DNA from: Wenzhouxiangella sp.
Lineage (GTDB): Bacteria; Pseudomonadota; Gammaproteobacteria; Xanthomonadales; Wenzhouxiangellaceae
NCBI GenBank assembly: GCA_007118895.1
Contig: SKQS01000016.1
Span: 8,538 to 72,537, forward strand
Reading direction: 5' to 3'
Length of the DNA stretch: 64,000 bases
Of this stretch, positions 50,519 through 59,604 are shown piece after piece. The position numbers and the translations under genes are program-made. Every line of letters begins with the position of its first letter. Positions within the stretch are counted from its first letter, which is position 1. A model generated the notes under the pieces. It searched no databases. It was not told where the DNA came from and saw nothing but the letters and a program-made list of their open reading frames with translations.

Positions 50519-51246
50519 CGGCCGGCAGCTCCCGACAGCCGCCACCGCAGTGATTTCAGCGATTCGCGGAGTACGCCCATCCCGTAAATCACGCTGCGCC
50601 GGAAGTTGATCGACGAGGCCTCCTCGAAGTAGCGCGCCGGACAGGTGATCTCGCCGATCCGGTAACCGGCGCGCAGCACCTGGGCCAGCATCTGGTTGTC
50701 GAAGATGAAGTCATCGGAGTTGGCTTCCAGATCCAGGGTGCGAAGTACTTCGGCCGAAAAAGCCCGGTAACCGGTGTGGTACTCGGACAGTTTGGCACCG
50801 GTACAGAGATTCTGGAACAGGGTCAGAAAGCGGTTGGCAACATACTTGTGCACCGGCATGCCGCCGGCGATCGCCTGGCCACCCAGTATGCGCGAACCCA
50901 GCACCACCGGAAAGCGGCCGCTGGCCACCAGCCAGGCCATGGCCGGGATCAGCCGCGGGTCGTACTGGTAGTCCGGGTGCAGCATGATGACGATATCGGC
51001 CTTAAGCTCCAGCGCCTTGCGGTAGCAGGTCTTCTGGTTGGCGCCGTAGCCGAGGTTTTTCTCATGCACCACCACGTGCCGGATGTCGAGACGACGCGCG
51101 ACGGCCACGGTGTCGTCCTGGCTGGCGTCATCGACCAGCACCAGCTCGTCGACCACCTCCGGCGGAATGTCGGCCAACGTCTTTTCCAGCGTGCGGGCGG
51201 CGTTGTAGGCCGGCAGCACGACAACGACCTTGTGGTTGGCAATCAT
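50515..51246 (-). CDS. Glycosyltransferase family 2 (polyprenyl-phosphate glycosyltransferase-like, no C-terminal TM helices)
   Basis: 243 aa: [25 protein letters not shown] (DxD region), [10 protein letters not shown], and a GT-A fold. Confidence 0.85.
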   Translation of the reverse strand: MIANHKVVVVLPAYNAARTLEKTLADIPPEVVDELVLVDDASQDDTVAVARRLDIRHVVVHEKNLGYGANQKTCYRKALELKADIVIMLHPDYQYDPRLIPAMAWLVASGRFPVVLGSRILGGQAIAGGMPVHKYVANRFLTLFQNLCTGAKLSEYHTGYRAFSAEVLRTLDLEANSDDFIFDNQMLAQVLRAGYRIGEITCPARYFEEASSINFRRSVIYGMGVLRESLKSLRWRLSGAAGR

Positions 51247-51266
51247 TTGCTGGGCTCTGACTCGAA

Positions 51267-51291
51267 CCGGGCCGGCTTCGTGCCGGCCCGG
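51267..51291 (-). terminator. Strong GC hairpin after the S8 peptidase gene (probable terminator)
   Basis: CCGGGCCGGC / loop TTCGT / GCCGGCCCGG forms a perfect 10-bp stem 20 nt downstream of the S8 stop (51311). Only a short TT follows on the coding strand. Confidence 0.55.
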
Positions 51292-51310
51292 ATGGCGCTA
51301 TTGAACGGTG

Positions 51311-54300
51311 CTAGGGACAACCGCGTATGCGCGACAGGCGAACCAGATCACGCATGGTATTGATGTCGGCCTGAATGGGCGGCGCGGCAACGAAGTTCAG
51401 CATTTCGGAACCGGACAGGTGATTGTTGATCTGCACCGAAGCCTCGCCGACCAGTTGCTGTTGCAGATCGACCGGCTGGCAGTACGGGCAGAATCCACGC
51501 GGATCAAGAACATCCAGATCCTGCGAGGCACCTGGTTGGTCGGTCAGCATTCGCACCCAGCGCGGGTCACCCAGATCATCGAAGTAATGTCGCAGCCAGT
51601 ACTGTGGCGTGGAGTCATTGAGGATCAGGCTGCCACCACCCTCCGGCGCGCCATCGATAAACCAGGTGGCAGTGACGTGCCAGTTCCGATCGCCAATCAG
51701 CTTGCAGCTTTGATCCGACAACGGCGCCATGCGTTCGCTACCGTGATGACCGTTGATGCGCCAGGAGAAAATTGCATCTTCCCTGGCCAGTACGGTGAAA
51801 GCCACCTCTCCGACCTGGTCCAGGGTCTGCCTGGCCCGGTTGCTATTGACGCGGAACAGAGCGCTGGACCAGACCGAACTGTTGTCGCGGACGCGAATCG
51901 GGGCCGTGACATACCAGGCCGGGGTGCCATCTTCCGCGTAGGCATACCAGATGATGTAACCCAGCCCCGCTGCCGTCTGCCAGTCGATGGTTTGCCCGGT
52001 ATTGCGGTTGGCCGCTTCCCACAGGCCGGCGTTGGGCAGCTTGCGGATGTCCTCTATGAAGTCACCGGTGACGGTGACCAAGGCTTCAGTCGAGCCATCG
52101 TTGCTCAGGCGCAGAAAGTATCGGCCCTGCTCGATGGTCTGACCACCGCCCGGGCGAATCTGCAGCTGGAAGCCGCCCGGGATATCGGTCACGGTCGCCG
52201 GCAGTGATCCGCCAGGTGCTGGCGGTGACCCAGGCTCCAGGCCTTCAAGGGCGGAAAAGGGCAGTTTGCGTATGGTCGCCGAGACTTCGGCTTCCGTTTC
52301 AACAAAGAAGTTGAGTTCACGCGTGCTGTCGGGCACATCGATAAACAGCCGGCGATGGCTGAATCCAGGACCCAGTACGACCGGTGTCGGCCGGTCCTGG
52401 AACAGGGCCGTGTCCTGCGGTGTCTGGAAAACATTGCGCCTGACAAATACCGGCACCACGCCCAGGTTGGACAGCTCATCCGGCGTCGACGCTATGCCCA
52501 CGGCCGCCATCCAGCGTTCGTTTCGCATCATCGCCGGCTGATCGTAGTACAGGGGAAGGTCCAGCGGACCGCCGGGATGCAGTCCCGGGCCGGTGGCGAC
52601 GAAGCTCGGGTCGTTTGCCGAAGTCAGCACCGCCACGCCTACCGAAACCTCGTCGCTGGCGCCAGGCGCCGAGGCCTGCCAGTTCTGGACGATGATCCAC
52701 CAGCTTCCCGGCTCGGGATTCTCGATCAGGCAGGTCTCCAGGTCGTCTGGTGTAATACCCTGGCAGCGCAACTCCGATGGCTGGGGCACGCCGTCGCCGT
52801 TGTCGTCACGGCCGACGTACAGGTCAATGTCTTCGGCAGTGGATTCAAAGGTCTCGGCATACAGCGCCAGGGTATCGGCCGGCACGTCTACAAACAGCAC
52901 GAAACGGCCCGCCCCGCTGAACGGATTGCCGGGGCTGGGGTCCTGCGGCAGGTTCTGAGTAGTTCGCTCCAGCCGGGTCAGCGCAGAGGTATTGAAGCGC
53001 GCTTCGGGCATGAGAGGCAGATCGGGAATCTCCAGCACCGCGCTGCCGCGATTGCTGTTGGTGACTATATCTTTGCTCAGGCCCGGCTCCACGCCAGCGC
53101 CGACCAGTGCGCTGACCGGAACACGCTGGGTAACCAGCGCCGAGCTGGAAGGCTGCAGCACGATATGGCCGTCGGCGAAACCCTCGGGGCCTCCGTTGGA
53201 ACCGGCGGCATTGATGGTAATTTCCAGCGTCTGCGTCTGGCCATTGGTCAGGGTGAAGCTGGAGGGGCTGACCGAGATATCCAGATCGCCCTCGGCGCTG
53301 ACGTTCCAGATCCCGTTGACCCGGGCGGTCACGGTGCGGGTGAAGGTGCACTGGCTGGCGCAGTTCTCTGCAAAGATCGTCGGCAGGTTCAAGGCGCCGG
53401 GGTTACCGCCAGAGGCGGGATTGGCCGCAATGAACTGCTGATTGGTCACGCGGAAATAAAGACCGATCCGCATTGCATCGTCAACCCGGACCCGACCGGC
53501 GCCCTGGGTCATGAAATTGGCCGGATTGCCCAGATCGTCAAGCACTGCGCCAGAGCGACTGGTGGTCACCAGCGCCGAATGGATCTCGTCAGCCCCCCAG
53601 CTCGGATGCTGCCTGCGCAGCAACAGCGCCGCGCCAGCCACGTGCGGACTGGCCATGGAGGTGCCGCTGATGAAGGCCACCGATCCGGGCGCGGCGGCGC
53701 CGGCGGCGAGAATGTCGACGCCAGGTGCCGAAACATCCGGCTTGAACAGGTCGGGCACCGTGGGTGCCGGCCCGCGCGAAGAAAATGCCGCGATGCGATC
53801 CCCGAAATCCGACTGCTGCTCCCGCGCCATGCCCGAGATACGGCCACTGTGTCCACTGCCGGAATCCAGCCAGTCGCGCAGCACATCGCCGTCGGCCTGG
53901 CCGACATGCACCGCAGGCAGGCAGTGCTCATCGCTGTTGACCGATTCGCCGAACTCGCCCGTGTTGGCCAGGATGTAACCACCGGCGCCTGCCAGCTGGA
54001 GATTGCGGCCCTTCTCTACCCGGCCATACTCGCCGCGGTCGCAGACCACGATCTGGCCGCTGAAGGTACCGGGGGGGAAAGGATTGGAAGCGCCGGTGTT
54101 CTGCTGACAGCCGGCCTGCAGCTCCGGCTCGCCGACGCCGCACAGCGCATTGCCGAAATCGCGCGCATGGACGATCGGCGCCGGCCCGAATCCTCCGGTG
54201 GCCCCGGCCCCGGTCAACTCGCCGAGATTGAATGGCCCGCCGCTGGTATCAACCAGCCGGTTGGTCAGCCGCCGATCATGGGTCAGCGCGCCAACGGAGA

Positions 54301-55438
54301 TGACCCATGGCGCGTTGGCTGGCGAAGTAATCGTGGACAGGCCAGGACCGTCGTTACCGGCGGAAGTGACCGCAACAATGCCGGCAGCACGAATGTTTCG
54401 GAATTTCTGGGAAAGGGTCGAGTTCCATGGGCTGATTGGCGAACCGCCGATTGAGTAATTCAACACATCGACCTGGTTGTTGACCGCCTGATCCAAGGCT
54501 GACGACAGTGCACCGAATGGGCAACCGAATGGGCCGCCAGGATCGTCGGGATCGGCCTCGCAGGCTTTGTAGGAAATGATGTTGGCCCTGGGCGCGACGC
54601 CGGAAGTGCCGAAAAAGATGTTGATGCCAGGCCCGAAACTCAAGGTAAAGCTCAAGGGATTGCCGGCCGCCGTGGACGCGACGTGGCTGCCGTGATTGTT
54701 TGGATCCTTGCCCAGCGTGCCTTCATCGGTAAAGTCATACACGCCGATCAGCTTGCCGTTGCACTGCACCGAGGCCTGGCTGCACAGGCCGAGCTGTGTC
54801 GGGCGGGGGTTGGTAATGGTAAAACCGGCACTGTTGGCCGAAAAGTAGGCGCTTTCCCAGTTGATTCCGGTATCGATTACACCCAGCACCATGCCCTCGC
54901 CGCGATTGGGCCCGGGCACCTGGCCGACCCCATTCCAGACCATGTTGGAGCCGATGAAGAACGGCCCGGCGTCGGTCTCGATTCGGTACCGCGGTTCGCG
55001 GAAGACTCGGCTGACACCCGGCAGATCGCGCAACATCACCGCTTCCTTGTCCGACAGCCTGGCGGTAAAGCCGTTGCCGACGATGCGAAACACGTGTCGC
55101 GGCTCGAGGTCGCGGCCCAGCCGGGCCGCGGCCTCGGCCAGCACCGCGGCGCGCTCGTTGTCCAGATGATTGACATAAGCCACCGCGGCCGGGCTTTCCA
55201 TGTCCAGCCGGCTGTGACCGGTGACCTCAGGCGCGGTCGCGGCCAGCGCCTTGCCGATCCTGAGCTCGCCGCCCTGCAGGACGTTCAGGGGATCGCCGGT
55301 ATATTCGACCACTGGCGGCGAAGCCAGCTCGATCACCCATGAACCAGGCACCACTTCAACGTTCTTGGCGCCGGCTGCCGTAGCCAGCAACAGCAGGCTA
55401 ACGGCGAAAATTCCAGTCATCTTGCGAAACATGTCCAT
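51311..55438 (-). CDS. Secreted S8 family subtilisin-like serine peptidase with a PA-domain insert, Fn3-like domain, two PPC-like domains and an unassigned C-terminal domain
   Basis: About 1375 aa with a signal peptide (MTGIFAVSLLLLATAAGA) and an I9-like propeptide. The catalytic triad contexts are VLGVIDTGIN (D), HGSHVASTAAGN (H) and SGTSMASPHVAGAALLL (S). A PA-like insert (GQIVVCDRGEYGRVEKG) is present, and DIDLYVGRDDNGDG marks a PPC-like domain. ATG 55438 overlaps the gor stop by 1 nt; the track uses TTG 55441. Confidence 0.9.
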   Translation of the reverse strand: MDMFRKMTGIFAVSLLLLATAAGAKNVEVVPGSWVIELASPPVVEYTGDPLNVLQGGELRIGKALAATAPEVTGHSRLDMESPAAVAYVNHLDNERAAVLAEAAARLGRDLEPRHVFRIVGNGFTARLSDKEAVMLRDLPGVSRVFREPRYRIETDAGPFFIGSNMVWNGVGQVPGPNRGEGMVLGVIDTGINWESAYFSANSAGFTITNPRPTQLGLCSQASVQCNGKLIGVYDFTDEGTLGKDPNNHGSHVASTAAGNPLSFTLSFGPGINIFFGTSGVAPRANIISYKACEADPDDPGGPFGCPFGALSSALDQAVNNQVDVLNYSIGGSPISPWNSTLSQKFRNIRAAGIVAVTSAGNDGPGLSTITSPANAPWVISVGALTHDRRLTNRLVDTSGGPFNLGELTGAGATGGFGPAPIVHARDFGNALCGVGEPELQAGCQQNTGASNPFPPGTFSGQIVVCDRGEYGRVEKGRNLQLAGAGGYILANTGEFGESVNSDEHCLPAVHVGQADGDVLRDWLDSGSGHSGRISGMAREQQSDFGDRIAAFSSRGPAPTVPDLFKPDVSAPGVDILAAGAAAPGSVAFISGTSMASPHVAGAALLLRRQHPSWGADEIHSALVTTSRSGAVLDDLGNPANFMTQGAGRVRVDDAMRIGLYFRVTNQQFIAANPASGGNPGALNLPTIFAENCASQCTFTRTVTARVNGIWNVSAEGDLDISVSPSSFTLTNGQTQTLEITINAAGSNGGPEGFADGHIVLQPSSSALVTQRVPVSALVGAGVEPGLSKDIVTNSNRGSAVLEIPDLPLMPEARFNTSALTRLERTTQNLPQDPSPGNPFSGAGRFVLFVDVPADTLALYAETFESTAEDIDLYVGRDDNGDGVPQPSELRCQGITPDDLETCLIENPEPGSWWIIVQNWQASAPGASDEVSVGVAVLTSANDPSFVATGPGLHPGGPLDLPLYYDQPAMMRNERWMAAVGIASTPDELSNLGVVPVFVRRNVFQTPQDTALFQDRPTPVVLGPGFSHRRLFIDVPDSTRELNFFVETEAEVSATIRKLPFSALEGLEPGSPPAPGGSLPATVTDIPGGFQLQIRPGGGQTIEQGRYFLRLSNDGSTEALVTVTGDFIEDIRKLPNAGLWEAANRNTGQTIDWQTAAGLGYIIWYAYAEDGTPAWYVTAPIRVRDNSSVWSSALFRVNSNRARQTLDQVGEVAFTVLAREDAIFSWRINGHHGSERMAPLSDQSCKLIGDRNWHVTATWFIDGAPEGGGSLILNDSTPQYWLRHYFDDLGDPRWVRMLTDQPGASQDLDVLDPRGFCPYCQPVDLQQQLVGEASVQINNHLSGSEMLNFVAAPPIQADINTMRDLVRLSRIRGCP

Positions 55439-56793
55439 CAATCCTCCACTGCCTGACGCAGGGTTACCAGTTCTTCTGCCGCGGTCGGATGTATGCCGAT
55501 GGTGCGGTCGAAATCCTTCTTGGTCAGCCCGGCCCGGACGGCGACGGCAAATCCCTGCACGATTTCCGGGGCATCCGGGCCGACGACATGGCAGCCGACC
55601 ACGCGATCAGTCTCGGCGTCAACCACCAGCTTCATCATGCCTTTCTCGGACCGGCCCGCAACAGTATATTTCATTGGCGTAAAGGTCGACCAGAACACCT
55701 GCACCCGGGCCAGCTCTTCACGCGCCTGCTCCTCGCTCAGGCCAACGGTGGCAACCGGCGGCTGGCTGAATACGGCGGACGGCACATTGTCATGGTCGAC
55801 CGGTCGCTCGATACCGCCGAACAGCGTGTCGGCCAGAGCGTGGCCTTCCATCAGCGCCACCGGGGTCAGGTTGACCCGGTCGGTCACATCGCCGACCGCG
55901 TAAATATTGTCGACGCTGGTTCGGCTGAAATGATCGACCTGGATGCGGCCCTGTTCTGCAGTCGTCACCCCGGCCGCTTCCAGGCCCAGGTCCCAGGTGT
56001 AGGGCGCCCGTCCGGTAGCCATCATCACGCAGTCGAACTCTGCCCGGGAGTCATCGGAGAAAGTAACCTCGATTCCCCGGTCGGCCTGCTCCAGGCGCGC
56101 CGGCGCAACATGGTAGCGAAACGCAATGCCGCGACCGGCCATGCCAGACTCGACCGCCTTGCGCACGTCCTCGTCAAAACCGCGCAGGATGCGTTCGCGC
56201 CTGTAGGCCAGCTCGACCCGACTGCCCAGCCCGGCAAAAATGCCGGCAAATTCCACCGCGATGTAGCCGCCGCCTACGATCAGCACCCGATCTGGCTGGG
56301 ACTCGAGATCGAAAGCCTCATCCGAGGTGATGGCCAGCTCGGCGCCGGGAATGTCGGGCACCTGCGGCCGGCCGCCGACGGCAATCAGGATTTTTTCGGC
56401 CACAAGCTCACGGTCGTCAACCGCCACCCGATCGGCAGCCACCAGCCGGCCGCGGCCCATGATCAGATCGACACCAGCGTTTTCCAGCAGCTTGATGTAG
56501 ATACTGTTGAGACGATCGATTTCCCGGTCCTTGGCGGCAATCAGCGCCGGCCAGGAGAACTGGGGCGAATCCAGCGTCCAGCCGTAGCCGGCGGCGTCGG
56601 CAAAGGCCTCGGAGAACTGGCTGGCATAGACCAGGAGCTTCTTGGGCACGCAGCCGCGGATGACGCAAGTGCCGCCCACCCGGGATTCTTCGCAGATCGC
56701 CACCCGCGCGCCATGTCCGGCTGCAATCCGGGCCGCGCGCACGCCGCCGGAGCCGGCGCCGATGACCACCAGATCGTAACGCTCAGACGCCAT
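55438..56793 (-). CDS. gor: Glutathione-disulfide reductase
   Basis: 451 aa: YDLVVIGAGSGGVRAAR, redox-active GGTCVIRGCVPKKL, and the C-terminal dimerisation domain with HPTAAEE. Confidence 0.9.
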   Translation of the reverse strand: MASERYDLVVIGAGSGGVRAARIAAGHGARVAICEESRVGGTCVIRGCVPKKLLVYASQFSEAFADAAGYGWTLDSPQFSWPALIAAKDREIDRLNSIYIKLLENAGVDLIMGRGRLVAADRVAVDDRELVAEKILIAVGGRPQVPDIPGAELAITSDEAFDLESQPDRVLIVGGGYIAVEFAGIFAGLGSRVELAYRRERILRGFDEDVRKAVESGMAGRGIAFRYHVAPARLEQADRGIEVTFSDDSRAEFDCVMMATGRAPYTWDLGLEAAGVTTAEQGRIQVDHFSRTSVDNIYAVGDVTDRVNLTPVALMEGHALADTLFGGIERPVDHDNVPSAVFSQPPVATVGLSEEQAREELARVQVFWSTFTPMKYTVAGRSEKGMMKLVVDAETDRVVGCHVVGPDAPEIVQGFAVAVRAGLTKKDFDRTIGIHPTAAEELVTLRQAVED

Positions 56794-56935
56794 GAGATGC
56801 GCCTGCCACGCAGTCCAAAAGATGCATTAAATAATCCTGTTTTTGATCCAGCTCATGTCGAACCCTGCCTGCCACAGTAAAATAGTAACCCAGATCGATT
56901 GGCAACTCTCTACTCAGGACACCCGTTTCCCAGGT

Positions 56936-57415
56936 ATGACCAGCGCCCTGACCAAAGACGACCGGCCCGACCCGCTGCTGCTTGCATTCGCGAGCACCGA
57001 CTATCGGGTAGCCCTGCCCGAGGGGGCCGAGACGGTGCGCATCGGCAACCGCCATCAACGCCTGGACCGGCTTGCCGGTAGAGCCTGGTGGGCGATCGTG
57101 ACGGCCTTCAATCCAGGCGCACGGCTTGTTGACACGGCTGAAAACCGGCTTCGCCATCAGCAGCTGATCGGGCTGTGCCGCGAACAGCGGATCAGCACCC
57201 TGCCCTGCATCAATATTGACCCGACCGGGCAGTGGCCTGACGAGCCATCCTTGCTGATGAGCGATGTCGCGGTGGACACCGCGATCTCCCTGGCCCGACA
57301 CTTCGGCCAGCGCGCCGTGGTATGTGGCCGGGCCGGGCAGGCAGCCGAGCTATGGCTGGTCGACGGGCGATGGCAGCCGCCGGTGCCGGCGCATTGCCGG
57401 ATCGCGCTGCGGTGA
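56936..57415 (+). CDS. DUF3293 domain-containing protein
   Basis: ATG 56936 gives 159 aa. WWAIVTAFNPGARLVDTAENRLRHQQL and EPSLLMSDVAVDTAISLARHFGQRAVV resemble the DUF3293 pattern as I recall it. Its stop overlaps the ccmA GTG (GTGA). Confidence 0.5.
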   Translation: MTSALTKDDRPDPLLLAFASTDYRVALPEGAETVRIGNRHQRLDRLAGRAWWAIVTAFNPGARLVDTAENRLRHQQLIGLCREQRISTLPCINIDPTGQWPDEPSLLMSDVAVDTAISLARHFGQRAVVCGRAGQAAELWLVDGRWQPPVPAHCRIALR

Positions 57416-58020
57416 GCCTGCTGCTGACCGCCAACGAGGCCGGATTCCATCGCCACGGCGACCCGGTATTTGCCCCGGTTGACCTTTCTCTGGCCAGCGG
57501 TGCCGGGACGGTCATTCTGGGCGCCAACGGATCCGGCAAGACCACGCTGCTCAGGCTCCTGGCAGGCATTCTGAGCCCATCCACCGGTCAGGTACAACGC
57601 CATGCCCCTTGTGCCTTCCTGGGCCATCTGCCCGGCCTGAAGGGTGATCTGAACTGTCGCGAGAATCTTCGGTTCCAGCAGCAGTTTCACGGCAACCCTG
57701 GCCTGCCCATCGATCAGGCCCTGGCCCGGGTCGGGCTGGCCGGGCTTGGTCTGCGTCCGGCCCGCACGCTGTCTGCCGGCCAGAAAAAGCGCCTGGGCCT
57801 GGCCTGCCTTCTGGTAGCCCACCGTCCGATCTGGCTGCTGGACGAGCCTTATGCCAGTCTCGACGATGCCGGCGGCGTACTGGTCGATCAGCTGCTGGCC
57901 GAGCACCTTTCCGGTGGCGGCGGCTTCATGCTCTCAACCCACCAGCGCATGCCGGATGCTGAGCTGGCCTGTCAGCAGCTGGAACTTGCCGACCCGCGAC
58001 GGTCGCGGAGGGCAGCATGA
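57412..58020 (+). CDS. ccmA: Cytochrome c biogenesis haem-exporting ATPase CcmA
   Basis: GTG 57412 gives a 202-aa protein with Walker A GANGSGKTTLLRLLAG about 37 residues from the start, as in E. coli CcmA. The signature LSAGQKKRL and Walker B WLLDEP are present. The track start 57322 overlaps the upstream gene. Confidence 0.9.
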   Translation: MSLLLTANEAGFHRHGDPVFAPVDLSLASGAGTVILGANGSGKTTLLRLLAGILSPSTGQVQRHAPCAFLGHLPGLKGDLNCRENLRFQQQFHGNPGLPIDQALARVGLAGLGLRPARTLSAGQKKRLGLACLLVAHRPIWLLDEPYASLDDAGGVLVDQLLAEHLSGGGGFMLSTHQRMPDAELACQQLELADPRRSRRAA

Positions 58021-58685
58021 GCGCGGCGATGCTGGCCCTGCTGGTGCGCGATCTCAGGCTGGCGATTCGTCATGGTGGGCAATCGCTGATGCCGATTCTG
58101 TTCCTGTTTGCCGTGCTGATACTGATTCCGCTGGGCGTGGGTCCGGGACCGAACCTGCTGGCCAGCATCGCGCCCGGCATGATCTGGGTCGCAGCCCTGC
58201 TGGCCAGCCTGCTGGCGCTGGAGGGGCTGTTTCGCCCCGACCTCGAAGACGGCAGCCTGGAGCAGTGGTGGCTGGGACACGGTCCGGCCGGCGCGCTGGT
58301 AGTGGTCCGCCTGTTCAGCCACTGGCTGATTACCGGCCTGCCGGTGATCCTGGTCGCACCGCTGGCCGCACAAATGCTTTATCTGCCGGCTCCGGCGCTG
58401 GGCACGCTGATGCTGAGCCTGCTCCTGGGCACCCCGATTCTAAGCCTGGTCGGTGGCCTGGCTGCCGCGCTGACCCTGGGAACGAACCGCGGCAGCGTGT
58501 TGCTGTCCATTCTGGTGTTTCCAATGGTGGTGCCTGTCCTGATCTTTGCCACCGGCGCCGTCGACCTGGCCGCCGATGGATTGTCGCCACAGGCTCACCT
58601 GGGCCTGCTGGCTGCCCTGTTGATTCTGGCCGTGACCCTGGCGCCAGTCGCCACCACCGCAGCATTGAGACTGAACATCGAATGA
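58017..58685 (+). CDS. ccmB: Haem exporter membrane protein CcmB
   Basis: 222 aa with six TM helices, and an ATGA overlap with ccmA. Confidence 0.92.
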   Translation: MSAAMLALLVRDLRLAIRHGGQSLMPILFLFAVLILIPLGVGPGPNLLASIAPGMIWVAALLASLLALEGLFRPDLEDGSLEQWWLGHGPAGALVVVRLFSHWLITGLPVILVAPLAAQMLYLPAPALGTLMLSLLLGTPILSLVGGLAAALTLGTNRGSVLLSILVFPMVVPVLIFATGAVDLAADGLSPQAHLGLLAALLILAVTLAPVATTAALRLNIE

Positions 58686-59437
58686 TCTGGAAAACCATCA
58701 AGGTCGGTTTTCACCGGCTCGGCTCGCCGCCAAACTTCTATCGGCTGTGCCAGCGCTTCAGCCCGTGGCTTTGGGGTGGGTTCTTCTTATGCGCGGCGGT
58801 CGGCCTTTACCAGGCGCTGTATGTCGTGCCACCGGATTACCAGCAGGGCGACAGTTTTCGCATTCTCTACGTTCACGTGCCGGCGGCCTGGCAGGCCATG
58901 GCCGGCTACGTCGTCATGGCCATTCTGGCCTTCATCGCTCTGGTCTGGCGCATTCGCATCGCCGAGATCATGGCCATGATGGGCGCGCCCATCGGCGCCG
59001 CCTTTTCGGTCATCTGCCTTGCCACCGGCTCGATCTGGGGCCGGCCGATGTGGGGCACCTGGTGGGCCTGGGACGCGCGGCTGACCTCGATGCTGGTGCT
59101 GCTTTTCATCTATCTCGGCATCATGGGCCTGTACAGCGCCTTCGAGGACAAGCGCAAGGGCGCGCGGATCGCTTGCATTCTGATCCTGGTCGGGCTCGTC
59201 AACATCCCGATCATTCATTTTTCGGTAGAGTGGTGGACAACTTTGCACCAGGGCTCGACGATCCGTTTTTTTGGTGAGTCCACCATGCACTACAGCATGA
59301 TGCCGCCGCTGGTATGGATGACCATCGCCGTCAAGTTTCTTTTCGCCGCCGCCTTGCTGGACCGTTCCCGCAACGAGATTCTCGACCAGGACCGCCGGCG
59401 GCGCTGGGTCCTGGAACACGCTGGAGTGAATAGGTGA
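58682..59437 (+). CDS. ccmC: Haem exporter / haem lyase component CcmC
   Basis: ATG 58682 (ATGA overlap with ccmB) gives MIWKTIKVGFHRLGSP.... It contains the tryptophan-rich WGxxWxWD motif (WGRPMWGTWWAWDARL). Confidence 0.93.
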   Translation: MIWKTIKVGFHRLGSPPNFYRLCQRFSPWLWGGFFLCAAVGLYQALYVVPPDYQQGDSFRILYVHVPAAWQAMAGYVVMAILAFIALVWRIRIAEIMAMMGAPIGAAFSVICLATGSIWGRPMWGTWWAWDARLTSMLVLLFIYLGIMGLYSAFEDKRKGARIACILILVGLVNIPIIHFSVEWWTTLHQGSTIRFFGESTMHYSMMPPLVWMTIAVKFLFAAALLDRSRNEILDQDRRRRWVLEHAGVNR

Positions 59438-59604
59438 TACCTGAATTCGATTACGCACCTTATGTCTGGAGCTGCTACGGCCTGTTTGCGATAATCGTGG
59501 CCTGGCAGATTGTTCAACCCATGATCCAACACCGCCGACTGCAGGCGGAAATACGCGAGGAGCGGGCACTGACTGCCGGAGAGTACGATGACGCCAACCC
59601 GTAA
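59434..59604 (+). CDS. ccmD: Haem exporter protein CcmD (56 aa)
   Basis: Below the ORF-track size cutoff and found by hand. GTG 59434 (GTGA overlap with ccmC) gives MIPEFDYAPYVWSCYGLFAIIVAWQIVQPMIQHRRLQAEIREERALTAGEYDDANP. This is a single TM helix with the YVW.SYG-type motif, and it overlaps the ccmE start by 17 nt. Confidence 0.8.
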   Translation: MIPEFDYAPYVWSCYGLFAIIVAWQIVQPMIQHRRLQAEIREERALTAGEYDDANP

